Assembly (NCBI GenBank): GCA_963810075.1
Contig: CAWELZ010000012.1
Location: 411,368-475,367 of the forward strand
DNA: 64,000 bases
Origin: an uncultured Actinomycetes bacterium
GTDB taxonomy: Bacteria; Actinomycetota; Acidimicrobiia; Acidimicrobiales; Iamiaceae
Direction of reading: 5' to 3'
The position numbers and the translations under genes were made by a program. Under the pieces are notes generated by a model. It made no database searches, was not told the origin of the DNA, and was given only the letters and a program-made list of their open reading frames with translations. Below, piece by piece: positions 61,465 through 64,000 of this stretch; within the stretch, counting starts at the first letter, position 1; the number at the start of each line of letters is the position of its first letter.

Positions 61465-61674
61465 CTGTTTGTGCAGGTCAGATGGGGTGTCGAGACGTCC
61501 GGGTCGTCGCCGGCAGCGTCGGATCCGCCAGAAAACCCACGGAAAACCCGCGGGATGTTCAGGTACTTCGCGTCAGGTGGCGTCACACGAAGGGACAGAT
61601 CGTCACGGACGGGCACTTGTGGCGGGTCCCCTCCGGCATCTCGAACCCACGTCGTCGGGGTCGAGTTCGCTGCA

Positions 61675-61729
61675 GCTGTGAGCGATCAGGGAGATCCGTC
61701 ATCGGGGATCATCGAAAACCGACATGGGG
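61675..61729. repeat. IS21 left terminal inverted repeat
   Basis: See the mobile_element entry. The outermost 13 bp are identical to the partner. Confidence 0.7.
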
Positions 61730-61757
61730 TCGGTGTTCTGGTCGGCGGCTGGTCAGG

Positions 61758-62545
61758 TTAGCTGGTGCCTCCGTTGCTGGGGTTGGTGGTCGCGATCTCG
61801 AGGCCGTTGTGTTCGCGTAGACGCCATGAGGGGCCCTTGATGTTGAACACGATGGCGTTGTGCATGAGCCGGTCGAGGACAGCGGCTGCGACGACGGTGT
61901 CTCCGAAGATGGTGCCCCAGTCGGGGAGCCCGCGGTTCGTGGTCACGATCGTGGGGTGCCCCTTTTCGTAGCGGGTGTTGACGACCTGGAAGAACACCGA
62001 GCTCGCTTCGGTGCCGCCGATCGGGAGCAGACCGACATCGTCGATCACGAGCACGGTCGGCGCGGTGAATGTCTTCATCTTCGATGCGAGGTTGCCCTCG
62101 ATCGAGGCGCGCACGAGGGTGCGACAGAGGTTGTCGGCCGTGGTGAAGTAGCCGCGGTAGCCGGCCTCGACCGCCAGGATGGCGAGCGCGACGGCGAGGT
62201 GAGTCTTGCCGCATCCGGGCTGGCCGAGGAACAGGATCGGCCGGTTCTCGTCGATGAACCGCAGCGTCGCGAGATCGTCGACGAGTTTGCGGTCGACCGA
62301 TGGTTGGAACTCGTAGTCGAAGTCGTCGATCGTTCGCCGGTAGGGGAACTTCGCGTAGCGCAACCGTGCGGCCAGCCGGCGGTCCCGATCAGCTGTTGCC
62401 TGCTCCGCGACGAGACGGGCGAGGAACTCGATGTGGGACCACTGTTCGGTTCTTGCTTGTTCGGCGAGGGTGGCGAACACACCGGCGGCGGCGTCCAACT
62501 TGAGGTAGCCGAGATCAGACTTGATCTGTTCATAGACGCTCATGC
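61758..62545 (-). CDS. istB: IS21-family helper ATPase IstB
   Basis: The ATG at 62545 overlaps the istA stop (ATGA). Walker A (LGQPGCGKTHLA) and Walker B (LVIDDVG) motifs are present in a DnaA-like AAA+ fold. Confidence 0.85.
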
Positions 62546-63853
62546 CGACACCTCGGCGCCGTCGATGTCGACGCTGTAGCGGTCCTCGAGATCGGGTGGC
62601 GCAACGTCGTAGTCGCCGCCAAGGTCGAGACGCCCGACCGGGTCGGGCTCGGGCTGGTTCGCGACCACGCGCAGGTCCGGGCCAGCGGGGTCCCAGCCGA
62701 GCGCGAGGACCTCGGCGGCTGACTTGTGGGCGGGGTCCCACACGTCAACGCGCCGCCCGGCGACGAGGCGATGTGTTGCGATCAACCGTCCGGCGAGACG
62801 GATCTCGACAGTGTCGCCGTCGACCCGGCGGCGGATCTCGACCTTGTGCCCCAACGCTTCTGGGGGAACCGAGTAGCGGTTCGCGTCGATCGCGACGAAG
62901 GGCCAGGCGTTGTGCACACGCCGGGTCTCGACGTAGTCGCTGTCGAAACGGACCCTCGGCAACGGTGCGAGGAAGTCGCGCTCGACCGCCAACCGCTGCG
63001 CCGGTGTCTCACCCGTCGTTCGTGACTCGACGCCATGCACACGCTCGGCGAGCCACACCTGAGCCCGCCGGTTCAGATCAGCGAGATCAACAGGGATCCC
63101 GTCGGCTTCGACCTCTGGGAGGAACGTCTCCTGCAGCTGACGAAACGGACGTTCCACCTTGCCCTTGCGTTTCGCGTCGCCGGCCTGACACGACGTGATC
63201 TTGGTGCCGTGATGGGCAGCAAAGCCGACCGTCGGCGGGTGCAGCTCGAAGCGTCGCCCCTGAGACCGGCCAAGCGCGCCCATCCTGTCGGTGCGACACG
63301 CAGCCGGCACACCGCCGGCCTCGTCGAAGAACCGGGCCATGCCCTCGAAGGTGTGATGACGATCCTCCGACGTGGTGAACCACCAGACCCGCCAGCGTGA
63401 CCACGACAAGATCATCCCGAACACCACCAGGTTCACGTTCCATCCGAACCTCGCCGCCCACAACGACACATCGCAGAAGTCGAACTGGGCCTCGTCACCC
63501 GGCGACGTGTAGATCGGCACCGACACCGCGTTCGCCGCGGTGAACCGCGGGCCCCGGATGTCGCGGACCGCCCGCACGACCGTCGGGTATGAACCGCCGA
63601 AACCCTCCGCCCGCAACTTGTTGTGCACCGACACCGCCAACAGCCGCGGGTGCGCCTCAAGCATCGTGTCGATCCTCGAGCGCCACTCGTGGGTCATCAC
63701 CGACGCCTCCGTCGACCTCGCGGTCGGCGGCCCGTCCTTCAGATACTTGCTGACCGTGCTCCGATGCCAGCCGGTCTCCTCGGCGATCTCGCTGATCGTC
63801 CAACCCTGCTTGTGCAGGTCATTCACATTCACGTACGTCTCCTGGTTCATCAT
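62540..63853 (-). CDS. istA: IS21-family transposase IstA
   Basis: The start MMNQETYVNVNDL lies at 63853. There is an N-terminal HTH (GWTISEIAEETGWHRSTVSKYL), a DDE integrase core, and a C-terminal domain. The ORF track extends 37 codons further upstream. Confidence 0.8.
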   Translation of the reverse strand: MMNQETYVNVNDLHKQGWTISEIAEETGWHRSTVSKYLKDGPPTARSTEASVMTHEWRSRIDTMLEAHPRLLAVSVHNKLRAEGFGGSYPTVVRAVRDIRGPRFTAANAVSVPIYTSPGDEAQFDFCDVSLWAARFGWNVNLVVFGMILSWSRWRVWWFTTSEDRHHTFEGMARFFDEAGGVPAACRTDRMGALGRSQGRRFELHPPTVGFAAHHGTKITSCQAGDAKRKGKVERPFRQLQETFLPEVEADGIPVDLADLNRRAQVWLAERVHGVESRTTGETPAQRLAVERDFLAPLPRVRFDSDYVETRRVHNAWPFVAIDANRYSVPPEALGHKVEIRRRVDGDTVEIRLAGRLIATHRLVAGRRVDVWDPAHKSAAEVLALGWDPAGPDLRVVANQPEPDPVGRLDLGGDYDVAPPDLEDRYSVDIDGAEVSA

Positions 63854-63945
63854 GGAGAGCGGCTCCTCCGGTCGCTGTCGTGCTTGGTCGCTCGACACAC
63901 TGGAGGGGCCACCCAGACCGGTGGTGGATGCCAACCAGGACCCGG

Positions 63946-64000
63946 CACCCATGTCGGTTTTCAATGATCGCGAATGTCAACTCTCAGTGATCGCTCACAG
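63946..64000. repeat. IS21 right terminal inverted repeat, abutting the window end
   Basis: The reverse complement matches 61675-61729. Confidence 0.7.

Larger units (their letters stand above)
61675..64000 (-). mobile_element. IS21-family insertion sequence (istA-istB) with imperfect terminal inverted repeats of about 55 bp. Its right end coincides with the window end.
   Basis: 61675-61729 (ctgtgagcgatca...gatcatcgaaaaccgacatggg) matches the reverse complement of 63946-64000 (ctgtgagcgatca...gatcattgaaaaccgacatggg). Two conserved blocks of 13 bp and 22 bp are present. The TG...CA termini and the 2.3-kb size fit IS21. Confidence 0.8.

Noticed and set aside
61388-64000. Integrative element or prophage at tRNA-Val
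   Set aside because: Only a 2.3-kb IS21 with its own IRs is present. There is no integrase, and no direct repeat of the tRNA 3' end is visible within the window.

Overview
This is a high-GC (about 70%) actinobacterial-type chromosomal window with dense coding and no CRISPR array. It holds four recognisable blocks.

- **Tad/Flp pilus locus (29..10112, minus strand).** It comprises cpaB, a tadZ/ssd-like ATPase, cpaF/tadA, tadB, tadC, a small pilin-like ORF and three TadE-like pseudopilins. Two NHL-repeat beta-propeller genes sit inside and beside it, and a membrane pseudokinase-like gene lies at its distal end.
- **Housekeeping block.** It comprises pabB-pabC, phoH-ybeY-corC-era, a DUF3516 helicase, dinG, a GH65 phosphorylase with otsB, uppS-recO, flotillin, glyQS, ppdK, dnaG-sigA, suhB-like and NUDIX genes.
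- **Stress and membrane cluster (34.6-45 kb).** It comprises a NhaP antiporter, a LAL-type LuxR regulator, two SHOCT-domain proteins, an arylsulfatase and a CASTOR/POLLUX-like RCK channel.
- **tRNAs and an IS.** tRNA-Asn, tRNA-Met and tRNA-Val are present. An IS21-family element (istA/istB with about 55-bp imperfect terminal inverted repeats) sits 211 bp downstream of tRNA-Val, and its outer end coincides with the window edge.

A pervasive anomaly is about 20 single-base frameshifts. Conserved genes, including essential ones (dnaG three times, ybeY, ppdK), continue with good protein-like composition in another frame. Most shifts sit at short G/C runs, so systematic indel errors in the assembly are more likely than real pseudogenisation. 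The most biologically interesting observations are the NHL-propeller and pseudokinase genes tied to the tad locus, the SHOCT/DUF cluster, the GH65-otsB pairing, and the IS21 at tRNA-Val. All functional calls rest on recognising family motifs by eye and should be confirmed by database searches.
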